This document shows positions 21,101-31,969 of a DNA stretch of 57,545 nt, in pieces; position 1 is the first letter of the stretch, and each line of letters opens with the position of its first letter. The DNA comes from a virus. Lineage: Duplodnaviria; Caudoviricetes. Made by a program: the position numbers and the translations under genes. The stretch covers positions 1-57,545 of the IMG/VR virus record IMGVR_UViG_3300024243_000020. The stretch is one strand, 5' to 3'. A model generated the notes under the pieces. It was not told the DNA's origin. It searched no databases and worked only from the letters and a program-made list of their open reading frames with translations.

Positions 21101-22811
21101 CAACAACTGGAAATGTTGGATATACTCCAGTATTTGCAATAGAATATGATCCCGTTATATTAGCTCCATGTAATACTTCATATTGACTACTACCAGCAGA
21201 CCAATCTGATATATTTGATACATACCCAATGTCATTTACAACAGCACTTCCAGTTGGTCGCCAATGTGATTGTGATACTTGATAAATAAATCTTCTATAT
21301 GCACTTCCAGTTATTGATGGAGCTAATATCGTATTTTGATATTTAGCATCAGCTGGTATATTACCATATCCACTATACATTGAATTACCATATACTGAAT
21401 TTACATTTTGAACACCCAATCCAGTTGAAGAGTACGCACCATTACTCGCAATTGTTTCATCACCTTTAATTAAAAATGATAGATATATCGATCCACTATA
21501 ATTAGTAAATGGCATTTTATCAACATTATATTTATTTGATATTATTTTAATAAATGTTGAAGTTGTATTTTCATTTGTATGTTTATGAACAACATTAAAT
21601 CCTTCATATCTTTTTAATTTTGTATATACAGTTGGATTATCTATTATGTATAGATCACTATCATCACTTGTGACTGGAGCACTCTTAGCATAATTGATTC
21701 CAATTCCTGGAGCTGATCCTGTTGTTGTTAATTGATTATCATAATATAAATATTTTTCATATGGTGTAAATTTCTGAGTAATTTCATTAATTTTATTAAA
21801 AACAGTTTCACGTCGATTAGTAATATGAACACCATTTAAATATAATGATGCTGACAACTCAGTATAATAATTTTCAATATTTTTTGCTTTATCTCTAAAA
21901 TTTTCTAATTTAGATTGAGCTGATCCAAACACCACATGATTTGTAAATTCAGAATAATCAACATTTAAATTAATATCATTATTATTAATTGCATCAATAA
22001 TATTTAGACTATCATTTTCAGTCATTGATGCTGATGAATATAGATCATCATATGATTCTAATACATCCACTCCATCATATTCACCTTCATGTGAATTAAA
22101 ATCAACTTCTAACCCATCACCTGATAATATACCACCACTCGATCCAACATAATATATTTTATATAGTTGAGTAATTAAAACTTCTTGATTTATATGGGTT
22201 GAGCTTAATGTTTGAATATCTGAAAATAATGGTTCAGATAGTTTAACAATCATTGTTGTTAAGCCATCACCATTAGTATCAAATGTATAATTAACAATTG
22301 CTAAACTTCTACCATTTGAAAATGATAAAATATAATCAAACTTATATTCTAAATATGCATCGTCTTCAACTGTACCAATAGTGTTTTGAAGATTATTTTG
22401 CAATGTTGTATTCATAACAACACTATTATCATCATTTCTAATTAATAATCGTACTTCTTTCCTTGATGGTGATATCTCTTGTATTATAAATCTTGGATTG
22501 TTTGGTATTGATATTGCATCACTCAATAATGGATTTTTCCAATAATCTAATTTTAAATTATATATCCCTTGATTGAAATCATTTGCATCTAATATTTCAT
22601 TTGGCTTAACATAAGCATCATTGGATATATTATAATATATTGGAAGTTCATTTAATGATGATCGATATGATCCAATAAAAGTATTAACATCATTGTATAT
22701 AGACAATTGAATATAATCACCAGCTTCTTCATTAAATTCATAATTTGCTGAATCTGGATGTAAAATTAAATCTAGTTGAGTTTCGTTAAAGTTTTGTTCT
22801 AATATTGGCAT
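18114..22811 (-). CDS. Large baseplate wedge-like protein with LamG-like domain
   Basis: NNLIHIYKSKGTLNSIRSLL (gp7/gpI-type KGT motif); GSIAEIRTWDTALS LamG-like; position in baseplate module. Confidence 0.6.
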   Translation of the reverse strand: MPILEQNFNETQLDLILHPDSANYEFNEEAGDYIQLSIYNDVNTFIGSYRSSLNELPIYYNISNDAYVKPNEILDANDFNQGIYNLKLDYWKNPLLSDAISIPNNPRFIIQEISPSRKEVRLLIRNDDNSVVMNTTLQNNLQNTIGTVEDDAYLEYKFDYILSFSNGRSLAIVNYTFDTNGDGLTTMIVKLSEPLFSDIQTLSSTHINQEVLITQLYKIYYVGSSGGILSGDGLEVDFNSHEGEYDGVDVLESYDDLYSSASMTENDSLNIIDAINNNDINLNVDYSEFTNHVVFGSAQSKLENFRDKAKNIENYYTELSASLYLNGVHITNRRETVFNKINEITQKFTPYEKYLYYDNQLTTTGSAPGIGINYAKSAPVTSDDSDLYIIDNPTVYTKLKRYEGFNVVHKHTNENTTSTFIKIISNKYNVDKMPFTNYSGSIYLSFLIKGDETIASNGAYSSTGLGVQNVNSVYGNSMYSGYGNIPADAKYQNTILAPSITGSAYRRFIYQVSQSHWRPTGSAVVNDIGYVSNISDWSAGSSQYEVLHGANITGSYSIANTGVYPTFPVVENSLAPFVGSIVPGGSAFDIIYYSDVLATTSSYVTDVKVTLQNPLNALPFAQLYSTASTNWNSWYNGQLSQSITYDTNNIHSLSNNLPEYMDTTTDYATIGKFLNMLGEHFDLLRTYIDTYTTFHNREYSTYKSPPKNLTTMIGNSIGWDFINIYSGSLAEYYSTFNDGAPLKDIEDEVHRNVLNNLIHIYKSKGTLNSIRSLLNLYNYPPDLLNVTEYGGNVDPSVLPVDELPITRGVSHLTSSVSFVQKEDTLYSLLLDGTRKLNIDWRTNSSDAEGIEFVFKHVETSYTSSLLINSGSGNERMWDLRISPSGSANISGSMVFRLNTSKTGSLSIDSNNITMETPYLSLKNNKYWNVLLQRTTSSVDETTYKLYVADQDGDAIPSFVNAVSASTSYMNVLDDTTNENFISSGSLSTAVSGNLVVMEDSTGSIAEIRTWDTALSASTFRQHVLDKKSIVGNGISGSLDDLIYRYRLNENYASGSTGMTIIDSSNTGKNYTQPLPLVADRALYIQDTIIRIIFSLISDGYSINSNKIIINPQNVLINDLNHLQGSYNTIYGSVLNNRVVNRKLSITTSPTSAIDSYILNNISNISITELIGEPSNVYSVTYDKLEKFRSNILQGVSVDINKFISKQGNVFNNDIVNSIEKLIPAKSMLDTVGVVIQQDLLSRNKYEHKRMTRKTGADAGNYAGSYDVIDQLYGMTTTAIQTLLGDAESYSIPDMITITNSSANTDHIGNSDMTTVYSVVGTNNEKDYIATYNAIGFMTGSASEYKVGYPSNISYTSSVSIVSQNDNKTYISPDIDYTSVYTLPTNAIFPIRSGTDTEVRDVNLTSKVSWEDSDGNDYNIVTELYAGANGEYSSGYVERTFIFNMIGDLEIISSSLNGVGNPNMEFTERRYLLNSLNNANGVEIGRTAYFSTSSVGDIVYPANHYIVAGTSKTMLGKLTYDGTQNLVSGTLVQDPLHQDSLPNSPAYTKTVGGSDSDAILKVIRKK

Positions 22812-22813
22812 AT

Positions 22814-24583
22814 TTAAAATGCTCCGTCATCTGATGCTTTTTTTGGATAGTTGATTGATGAGTTTAATGTTAAATCATCTTCTACCGTTTCTTTAGATAG
22901 TGAATAATCACCTACGAATAATCCAAAATTATTATTACCACTTGTATCATTCGTCTTATTAATAAATATCTCACCACCGAAGAAATTCAATTCAATTATG
23001 CAGTTATTTTGTTCATTTACCATAATATTATCAATATTTGTTTCTAATACTGCACTATTACCTGGGATTGTTGTTATATCAGAATTTCCAGTCCAATAAT
23101 CTGAATTATATAATATATTAGTATTATTATTTTGAAATAATATTGATTGCATAGTAAACGATCCAGTGTTAAACATTCGTATTTGAGATAGATCAATATC
23201 ACCAACACTAACACCCATTTCATCAACATCGGTCGTTAATGCACTTTCAACTGAATCTTTTCTTTGAATATCAGATAACTCATCAAATGGATTTGACTTA
23301 TAAATATCATTTAATGAATTATAATATACACTATTATCATCAAATCCATTTATAATTAACGATGGATTATTCCACGGTATTGTTGTTTGATTGATACCAC
23401 CAAGATCAGAGAAATCTTCTTCAATAATTGTACTATCATATGTGTTGAATTTAATCGTAACATATTTTGAACGCCCAACTAAAGCATAAGATGGATCATA
23501 TTCATTTATACGCTCTATTCCATATGAGAACACTATCGCTTTTATAATCTTAATGCCATGTGTTTCATAAAAATGTGACATTGTATTATTATATATATCA
23601 TATGATGCATCTCCAATATTCACAACATTAAATACATCTTCAACTTTAAACAATCCTTGTAATTGTAATTCTGATAAATCACTATTAGTTTGGGGAAATG
23701 AGTACCCAAGACTACTAAAATCACCAGCATCTTCATCACCTTCTTCCCAATCCCAATTTAAAACAAAATATTTATATCCAACTCTACCAGTAGCACTAGG
23801 GTAATTTGCTATAGAATGCATAAAAATATCAAAATCACCAATACTTGATTCGTGATGCACTACCGCCCAATGTGAATCATCATAGTCTAATAACATATCA
23901 CCATCATTATGTGGACATCCAAGACCGTGAGCTATTTGATTATTTACATCTACATCAGAATCTTGTATTTCAGTATATACATCAATTAGAGCACTACATT
24001 GACCACCATCATCAATCAAATCAAGACATGCTGGATCAAAATTATTACTTGCACAACCCAACGCATTATTAATTAAATGTGAACAAAGTGCAACAGGTGT
24101 TGATGTATAATCAATACAAAAAGTAATATCGAAATTCAAATTAACAATAATTGGTGCTGATATATTTAATAAGTTTATATTATGCTCACCATAAAACTGT
24201 TGAATAAATGAATTATCAAAATTAGGTTCTTGAGTATATACATTTGATATTGGTATAAACGGTTGAACTATTTCACCATGCATCATAATCTCTCTAACAT
24301 CATTAGCTGAATGTGGTAAATTATCAATATGATCATATAACTCTGGAGCTATTCTAATAAAATCATCGTCTGGTATATGGTTATTGATATTGAACGGCAT
24401 ATCATTTATATTATTCATATCACCAAGCCATATTCTAGTATATGGTGATAAATAATGATAAGTATAATCTAAATATTCCGAATATAATCTATCATCAATA
24501 TCGCTACCACTAATAAACTGCTGTTTGTTATTTATTCTATATATTGGTTTTTCATCATTAATTAATAAATGTGATTGTGTCAT
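22814..24583 (-). CDS. Putative virion protein, paralog of the C-terminal part of 24583..31641
   Basis: Shared motifs DTSGNNNFGLFVGDYSLS / DSSGNENVGVIIGDYSLS and FSDLGG / FTEFGG. Confidence 0.55.
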   Translation of the reverse strand: MTQSHLLINDEKPIYRINNKQQFISGSDIDDRLYSEYLDYTYHYLSPYTRIWLGDMNNINDMPFNINNHIPDDDFIRIAPELYDHIDNLPHSANDVREIMMHGEIVQPFIPISNVYTQEPNFDNSFIQQFYGEHNINLLNISAPIIVNLNFDITFCIDYTSTPVALCSHLINNALGCASNNFDPACLDLIDDGGQCSALIDVYTEIQDSDVDVNNQIAHGLGCPHNDGDMLLDYDDSHWAVVHHESSIGDFDIFMHSIANYPSATGRVGYKYFVLNWDWEEGDEDAGDFSSLGYSFPQTNSDLSELQLQGLFKVEDVFNVVNIGDASYDIYNNTMSHFYETHGIKIIKAIVFSYGIERINEYDPSYALVGRSKYVTIKFNTYDSTIIEEDFSDLGGINQTTIPWNNPSLIINGFDDNSVYYNSLNDIYKSNPFDELSDIQRKDSVESALTTDVDEMGVSVGDIDLSQIRMFNTGSFTMQSILFQNNNTNILYNSDYWTGNSDITTIPGNSAVLETNIDNIMVNEQNNCIIELNFFGGEIFINKTNDTSGNNNFGLFVGDYSLSKETVEDDLTLNSSINYPKKASDDGAF

Positions 24584-27500
24584 TATAATACTTTCTCATC
24601 CTTTCCAATGATTGGTTCTTTCATATCACCATTTTTATCTACAATACCATCTGATATAGATAATGAATAATCACCGATTATTACACCTACATTTTCATTT
24701 CCACTACTATCTTCAACAAAATTATTTTCAAACTCATCAAAGTATAAATTAAAAATAAAATGTGTAGAATCAATTTTGTTTGTTATTATAGAATCTAAAT
24801 CTTCACCATCCCATTGTCTATTTGCACTACCAAACGGTATATTTTCTACATCGTTTATTTGTTGTAATCCTAATGTTTCATCAAAATTACCAAATTGATT
24901 AATCTTAGGTAATACTGGATAGTAGTATTCACCATGCCAATTCTGATTTGATTCTATATCTATATCATTATTAATTATACCATTTCTATTCACAACAGTA
25001 TAAGTATCTGGTATTATATTTTTCCAATATCTAATGTTATTTGGATTATCAAGTTCTTCATCTGTAAAGCCTAATAGTTCCCACATATTATATATTTTAT
25101 CAACATATAATGATGACTGATGAACATCAAACTGACCGAATGATTCACCAAGCTCACCCAATTCATTATACTCACCCGTATGTATCAAATATACTGGTTG
25201 AGTTATATCTAAATCACCAGAGGGTAGAAGTTCACCAACAAAATATCCAATAGCTGTTTCTGGGTCTAATTGATTGTTGTTTTCAAAATCATATAATTGT
25301 ACCGTAGATATATTACCATTATTAATATTATTAAATCGTTGAGATAATAATTCACCTTTATAATTTAAAAGAGTCTTACTTTTTTTATTATAATTCATAT
25401 TACTCAATGCTTCTAATGATTTAATTAATTTTGTATTATCATATATATCTTCAAATTTAGATAAATTTTCACCATATTTAGCAACATCTTCAACAGATTT
25501 ATAATATGTGCTTTGTTGTGAAATTCCACCCAATATCACATTTGTAATATTATTATGTGGGGTGCCATATGGTATAAATAAATAATCCAATCCACCAAAC
25601 TCTGTAAACTCATTATTTAATTTTAAATCATTATCATTAATATTAATCTTAACTTTAAAATTCTTAGCAAATGTTATTCTATATTGACTACCCTGTGTAA
25701 TAAATCTATGCACACCCATAATTAATCCACTAACAGTATAAATACCTGAATTTTCATATTTATGTGTTATCTCAGCAGTTGGATTACTTAATCCCATTTC
25801 AATATAATTGCTTGGATCGTTATATTCGCCTACTATATCTGAACCGTCACCAAAATCTAAATTAACCATGAATAATTTAAAATCAGTTAATTCTATATGA
25901 TTATTAATTAAATATGCATATATACTATCTAATGCTGTAATTTCATCAAAAATTGGAATCAATGGAAATAATGCACCTACTAAAAATGTTATTTCAACTG
26001 GTGCGCTAGTTATATCATATTCAACTAAAGATATTTTATTGTCATAATATCTATCCACAGACGTTGCAGATTGTATATTAGAAATAGTCATATCATCAAA
26101 TTCATTTAAAATTGTAGATGGTATTGGTTTCATTAATATTGTAAAATCATATAGATCCTCTGGATGTATATTTACATAATTAATGCTATTTTGAATTAAT
26201 TCATCTGATATGAATGTATATTCTTCTAATATATTTTTAAATACAGTTTGTGCATAAATTGCTTGATAATTATCTTGTTGGTCATCAAATGAGAATGTTC
26301 CTAATGCAACTCTTGTATCTCTATTACATTGTTCAAATACAACACTATTAGTTGATAATAGCTGAATGTTACAGCAATCATCTATATCGAAATTATAAAC
26401 GCACGTACCAATATCGACAGTAGAATATATATCATAATTTGTAGCTCTTGGATCAGTACAACCTAATGTTGGTTCTTGTGAATATGTGCAACTTCCATCA
26501 TCCCATGTAGCATCTGGATTGTAGTTTATCGCAGTTGGATTTGTACATCCACCAACACAAGTTGATCCATCACCACCACATATATCACATTCATCCAAAA
26601 CACTCCCTTCACAGTCACAATCACCATCTGGTATATCATTACAACCACATTCGTAAATGGCTCCGTCTCCGTCACATACACCACACTCATCAATTATCGC
26701 TCCACCATAACATTCATCATTACAATCAGGATATTCACATGATTCATCATCGATAGTAAATATAACATCATAATTACAAGCCGTTTCATCAGTACAGCCA
26801 TAACAAAAATCTTCATCTAATCCTGTTGTTCCACTTACACATCCACAATCACTTAAATAAGCATCACCATGACAAGTTCCTGAACAATCAACATCAAGAA
26901 AATTATTACCATTACAATCTCCACAATCATCAAGCCAATGTCCATCACAATCACAATATCCTGGTAAAATATCTGTACATCCACATTCATAAATATCTCC
27001 AGGACCATCACAAATACCACACACATCAATCTCAGCATCTCCACCCCAAACATCTAAACAATCTTGAACACACGGTTCATTATTTCCAGTATTCCCACCA
27101 ATACATATTCCACAATTATCTAAGTATGCTTGTCCAAAGCAATCATTATTACAATCTAATGCATAATTTTCTAATTGTCCAGTTAACCCTTCAACACAAT
27201 TACCACATGAATCAATAAAAGCATCACCAGCACATGTACCAAAACAATCTGGATCATTTGTAATGCATTCTGGAAATTCATCTCCAGTTATTAATACCCA
27301 ATTAACTGGCTCAGTTCCTGGGCAGAATAATACTCCAAAATCTCCACCGATCCCATCACCATCTAAGTCTAAATAATACATTTGTTCTGGTGGCTGATTA
27401 CATCCACAACCTACATCTAAATAATTCTCTACTAATCCAGTATTTCCACTAACACAAGCATCACAATCATCAATGAAGGCTGTACCAAAACAATCACCAT

Positions 27501-30500
27501 TACAATCTTTATTTGCATTACCACCATCACATATACCACAATCATCTATGATATTTGATTGACAGTTACAATTTGTTTCAAAATTATCATATGAAGTTAT
27601 ATCTTCAACGTATACATAATTTATTGGAATTGTATCTGGTGATGCGTTACATATTATTAATGGATTTTCAATACTAGAATCAACTAATAATGGATCACAT
27701 GGAATACCATCTCCATCTCCGTCATAATAAAAATAAACAGGATATTCACATAAATCATTGTTTACATGTTCTGGATTTAATACAAAATTACATGCTAATG
27801 GATCGTCACAATATTCATATTCACAACTACCATTATCTGTGTCACATGCTTGACAATAATTAATAGCGTCTGGATCAGTACATCCATAATGTAAACATTG
27901 ATCATGATTTAATACTTCATGTCCTTCATACGTATATACAATAGATATATCTGGTAAATGTAGACAATATGATTGATTTAATTCTAACGTTTGTAATGAA
28001 CCAACCCAACCATTTACTGTATACATTGTGGCTAATCCAAGTGTTGAAATTTGTGTACCAAGTGTTAATAATTGAGGACTAACAAAATATTCTGGATTCA
28101 TTACATCTGCTGTTGCATTTGAACCTGGAAAATAATTAAATGAAATAGTTATAATGTGAGGTTCACCAAATACACACATTCCATTATCTATTGTAGCATT
28201 TGGATCATAATTATTTGCCAATTCGTTTGTACAACCATAACACCAATTTTCAGTCAATCCTGTGTTTCCTCCTATACATCCACACTCACTTATAATGGCT
28301 TCACCGTCACAAATACCAGCGCAATCAAATTCATTTGAAATACAAGAATCATCAACATCATCACAGTTTTGTATATAATTATCTGGTTGTTCACCAGGAC
28401 ATACAAACATTTCAGTTGATGCATCTCCAAAACCATCACCATCAACATCTGCACAATAACGAGTAGTATATACGCAACTATCATTATCATATATTGCAGT
28501 ATCACTATAATTACATGCTCCTACATCAGTACAACCAAAACCATCTTCATTTGAAATGAATTCACAACAACCGTCATCGTTACAAAATTCAAATCCAATT
28601 GGCTCACCATCTCGTTCATTAAATTCAAACAACCCACTACATTCGGCATTATTTATACATGATATGCTATTTGGACATTGATCAAAATATTCACAATTAC
28701 CATCATCGTGTGTTGCATTTTCATTATAGTTCAATGCAAGTGGATCAGTGCAACCAAAAATCACACAACTACCATCATCAACATCAGCATCTGGATTATA
28801 ATTATTAGCTTCAGGATTAGTGCATCCATAAATAGTATATGTACATGAGCCATCATTATCAGTTGCAATTGGATCATAATTATTTGCATTTGGATCAGTA
28901 CATCCATAATATATACAACCAGTGTTAATAGTATAAATATCATCAAACGCTGGATCATAATTATCAGCATCAACTTCCATACAACCATAACAAAAATTCA
29001 CAACCAATCCTGTTGTTCCACCAACACATCCACATTCAGTTTCAAATGCAGAACCATTACATTCACCAGCACAATCTACAACAAATCCATCAAAACAAGT
29101 ATCATCTGGATCGTCACAATTCGATACAAAACCAATAGGTACATCACTTGGACAAAACATTTGTGGATCACCTGCACCATATCCATCACCATCTTCATCA
29201 TAACAATATTCAGCTTGATATGTACAGTTACCACCATCTTGAGTAGCTTCAGGATTATAATTACACGCTGTTTCATCCATACAGCCATATACTAAATATG
29301 TACATGAATCATCATCTATTTCTGCGTATTGATTATAATTCATAGCTAATGGATCAGTACAACCATAACAGAAAGTTTCTGGTAGTGTTGTTAATCCACC
29401 AACACAACCACACTCATTTACAAACGCTTCACCATCACAAATGCCAGCACAATCGTAAGTATTTGATGTGCAAGAGTCATCAACATCACCATTATTCAAT
29501 ATGTAATTCTCTGGTTGTGTGCCAGGGCAATATTCTTGAAAAATATCAGGATTTCCTAATCCATCTCCATCTAAATCTTCATAGTATGTTATTGGATATG
29601 TGCAACAATTATCGCATGGAGATGTATTATCATTATCATAGTTACATGCTGTTTCATCTTGACATCCAACATGCGCACATGTATTAGGTGATAATATATT
29701 TAAATCTGGATATGAATATTGTATCGATGTATCGGGTAATAATAAACAATATGATTTATTTAAATCTAATGTTTGAATATCTCCAGACCACTCACCATTT
29801 GAATAAGCAGATGATTCATTTGTTGTAAATAGGTGTGCATATGTCATTATATCCGAATTTGAAAAATATTGAATATCCAATACATCATTAATTAAATCTG
29901 TACTAACAAATGAATTAAACATAATAGTTTGTATATAAAACATTGCATATTCACAAGTACCATTATTAATAATAGCGGTAGGATCATAATTAATAGCCCC
30001 TGAGTCAGTACATCCATAACACCAAGTCTCAGAAAGTCCAGTTGATCCACCAACACATCCACATTCATTTATAGTAGCATCACCGTTACATGTACCAGTA
30101 CAATCAAATATATTGGAGAAACATTCATCATCTAAATCAACACAATTTAGCACATAGTTATCAGGAACATCATTTGGACAAAATGCTTGAGAATTATTAG
30201 AATCACCTAACCCATCTCCATCATTATCATAACAATATTCAACTTGCATAATACAACCTTGATTTATATTAGCATTAAAATTATAATTACAAGCAAGTGG
30301 ATTCATACATCCATATACTTCTATAATTTCTTCATTTTCATATATACAACTACCATCATCAATAGTCGCACTTGGATTATAATTTAATGCTGATTCATCC
30401 ATACACCCATATATCACAACATTATTATATAACGATGAAACTCCAGCATAAAAATTGGCTTTTGGTGGTAACATATCTGGAGTTATTTCATCTTGACTAT

Positions 30501-31641
30501 TAAAAAATGTTAAATTACTAATTTGATTGTCAATATTATCACCAGTGTTTACAATTATATTAATTAAATCTTCTGATGATAATGTATTATCATGTGACAA
30601 TAACAATCCAGCATACCCAGATATTAATGGAGTTGAATAACTAGTACCCACCCCAGTTTTCCATGAATCTTGATCGTCATCACACGTTTGAGTTGCATCA
30701 TCACATATATTTATACCTGAACTATTAAATAATTTCCCATGATGTCCAGCCCCACCACTCCAAGTATCACCATATGATTCATGTGGTTTTTTTGTATATG
30801 GATATAGTAATCCTGGGTCTTTACCGTGTGTTACTATATCAACATTTAAACCATAATTGAAATAATTAAGTGTACCAAATCCAAATCTGTCTATAATGTC
30901 AATTCCACTTACAGTGAATGTTATTCCCCAATGTGGAGGATTTACAAAATTACCTAATGGAGTCGGCTCATCAACATCTATGCCAGAATTACCTGCTGAA
31001 TTTACATATAATATACCAGAATCAATTGCATTTGTAACAGCCTCGTGTAATGATATATAAGAAGGGCTTGTCTCACTAATCGTAACCGTATCACTAACCG
31101 ATATTATATCAACGCCATTATCTATTGCATATTGAATAGCTAAATATGTACCTCTATATGAATTTGGAACTTTTAAAAACATAATTTTACAATTTGGACA
31201 TACACCATGTGTACCTTCTTCTGCATTACCAGATGATATTATACCAGCAACAGCAGTTCCATGAAAAAATGTTGGCTCCAAATTATCATTATTCTCACCT
31301 TCTGTAAAGTTCCAACCGTGCGTTCCATTGACACATGGGGCATCACCATTCATGAACTCACTAACAGTCCCACCATCTTCACATATCCATCTATTATTTT
31401 GAAAGCTAGGATGCTCTAAATCAAATCCAGTATCAATAACTGCAATAACAGGTGAATATTCACCAGCACCAAATTCATCTATTGATTGTTTCCATCCAGT
31501 AAGATTAGCATGATTCCTAAGCGAATCAAAATCTTCGTGTGAACATCCACCGTGTCTACACAGACCAGCATCTTCTATGTTATTTAAATACCATTCGTAC
31601 ATAAATAATGAACTACTTATTGTATAATTGTTAATTGGCAT
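24583..31641 (-). CDS. S8 subtilisin-like protease + Cys-rich GCTD repeats + PKD-like C-terminal region
   Basis: Triad VIAVIDTG (D), HGTAVAGII (H), GTSYSTP (S), oxyanion SAGN; many GCTDxxAxNY...DDGSC and DxDGDG repeats; LDFGDGS...HKYENSGIYTV. Confidence 0.85.
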   Translation of the reverse strand: MPINNYTISSSLFMYEWYLNNIEDAGLCRHGGCSHEDFDSLRNHANLTGWKQSIDEFGAGEYSPVIAVIDTGFDLEHPSFQNNRWICEDGGTVSEFMNGDAPCVNGTHGWNFTEGENNDNLEPTFFHGTAVAGIISSGNAEEGTHGVCPNCKIMFLKVPNSYRGTYLAIQYAIDNGVDIISVSDTVTISETSPSYISLHEAVTNAIDSGILYVNSAGNSGIDVDEPTPLGNFVNPPHWGITFTVSGIDIIDRFGFGTLNYFNYGLNVDIVTHGKDPGLLYPYTKKPHESYGDTWSGGAGHHGKLFNSSGINICDDATQTCDDDQDSWKTGVGTSYSTPLISGYAGLLLSHDNTLSSEDLINIIVNTGDNIDNQISNLTFFNSQDEITPDMLPPKANFYAGVSSLYNNVVIYGCMDESALNYNPSATIDDGSCIYENEEIIEVYGCMNPLACNYNFNANINQGCIMQVEYCYDNDGDGLGDSNNSQAFCPNDVPDNYVLNCVDLDDECFSNIFDCTGTCNGDATINECGCVGGSTGLSETWCYGCTDSGAINYDPTAIINNGTCEYAMFYIQTIMFNSFVSTDLINDVLDIQYFSNSDIMTYAHLFTTNESSAYSNGEWSGDIQTLDLNKSYCLLLPDTSIQYSYPDLNILSPNTCAHVGCQDETACNYDNDNTSPCDNCCTYPITYYEDLDGDGLGNPDIFQEYCPGTQPENYILNNGDVDDSCTSNTYDCAGICDGEAFVNECGCVGGLTTLPETFCYGCTDPLAMNYNQYAEIDDDSCTYLVYGCMDETACNYNPEATQDGGNCTYQAEYCYDEDGDGYGAGDPQMFCPSDVPIGFVSNCDDPDDTCFDGFVVDCAGECNGSAFETECGCVGGTTGLVVNFCYGCMEVDADNYDPAFDDIYTINTGCIYYGCTDPNANNYDPIATDNDGSCTYTIYGCTNPEANNYNPDADVDDGSCVIFGCTDPLALNYNENATHDDGNCEYFDQCPNSISCINNAECSGLFEFNERDGEPIGFEFCNDDGCCEFISNEDGFGCTDVGACNYSDTAIYDNDSCVYTTRYCADVDGDGFGDASTEMFVCPGEQPDNYIQNCDDVDDSCISNEFDCAGICDGEAIISECGCIGGNTGLTENWCYGCTNELANNYDPNATIDNGMCVFGEPHIITISFNYFPGSNATADVMNPEYFVSPQLLTLGTQISTLGLATMYTVNGWVGSLQTLELNQSYCLHLPDISIVYTYEGHEVLNHDQCLHYGCTDPDAINYCQACDTDNGSCEYEYCDDPLACNFVLNPEHVNNDLCEYPVYFYYDGDGDGIPCDPLLVDSSIENPLIICNASPDTIPINYVYVEDITSYDNFETNCNCQSNIIDDCGICDGGNANKDCNGDCFGTAFIDDCDACVSGNTGLVENYLDVGCGCNQPPEQMYYLDLDGDGIGGDFGVLFCPGTEPVNWVLITGDEFPECITNDPDCFGTCAGDAFIDSCGNCVEGLTGQLENYALDCNNDCFGQAYLDNCGICIGGNTGNNEPCVQDCLDVWGGDAEIDVCGICDGPGDIYECGCTDILPGYCDCDGHWLDDCGDCNGNNFLDVDCSGTCHGDAYLSDCGCVSGTTGLDEDFCYGCTDETACNYDVIFTIDDESCEYPDCNDECYGGAIIDECGVCDGDGAIYECGCNDIPDGDCDCEGSVLDECDICGGDGSTCVGGCTNPTAINYNPDATWDDGSCTYSQEPTLGCTDPRATNYDIYSTVDIGTCVYNFDIDDCCNIQLLSTNSVVFEQCNRDTRVALGTFSFDDQQDNYQAIYAQTVFKNILEEYTFISDELIQNSINYVNIHPEDLYDFTILMKPIPSTILNEFDDMTISNIQSATSVDRYYDNKISLVEYDITSAPVEITFLVGALFPLIPIFDEITALDSIYAYLINNHIELTDFKLFMVNLDFGDGSDIVGEYNDPSNYIEMGLSNPTAEITHKYENSGIYTVSGLIMGVHRFITQGSQYRITFAKNFKVKININDNDLKLNNEFTEFGGLDYLFIPYGTPHNNITNVILGGISQQSTYYKSVEDVAKYGENLSKFEDIYDNTKLIKSLEALSNMNYNKKSKTLLNYKGELLSQRFNNINNGNISTVQLYDFENNNQLDPETAIGYFVGELLPSGDLDITQPVYLIHTGEYNELGELGESFGQFDVHQSSLYVDKIYNMWELLGFTDEELDNPNNIRYWKNIIPDTYTVVNRNGIINNDIDIESNQNWHGEYYYPVLPKINQFGNFDETLGLQQINDVENIPFGSANRQWDGEDLDSIITNKIDSTHFIFNLYFDEFENNFVEDSSGNENVGVIIGDYSLSISDGIVDKNGDMKEPIIGKDEKVL

Positions 31642-31643
31642 AA

Positions 31644-31964
31644 TTAAATTCTAAAGTCCCATGCTTTCCAAGCATCATAATATAAAAAACACGATGTTTC
31701 TGCATATTCACAACTACTATCATCCTCTGTTGCTGTTGGATCATAGTTTTCCGCTTCAGGATCAGTACATCCAAATATTTCATAAATACAGCAATCATTA
31801 CATAATATATTAGCATCTTCATTATAATTTAACGCCTCAGGATCAGTACACCCTACAGTATCATATTCACAACTACCATTATCTAATGTTGCGTCTGGAT
31901 TATAATTATTAGCTTCAGGATCAGTACATCCTGGTATTTCTTGATCTCTATTATTAACTGGCAT
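31644..31964 (-). CDS. Small protein composed of three GCTDPEAxNY repeats
   Basis: Three tandem repeats visible in translation. Confidence 0.7.
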   Translation of the reverse strand: MPVNNRDQEIPGCTDPEANNYNPDATLDNGSCEYDTVGCTDPEALNYNEDANILCNDCCIYEIFGCTDPEAENYDPTATEDDSSCEYAETSCFLYYDAWKAWDFRI

Positions 31965-31969
31965 TTTAT

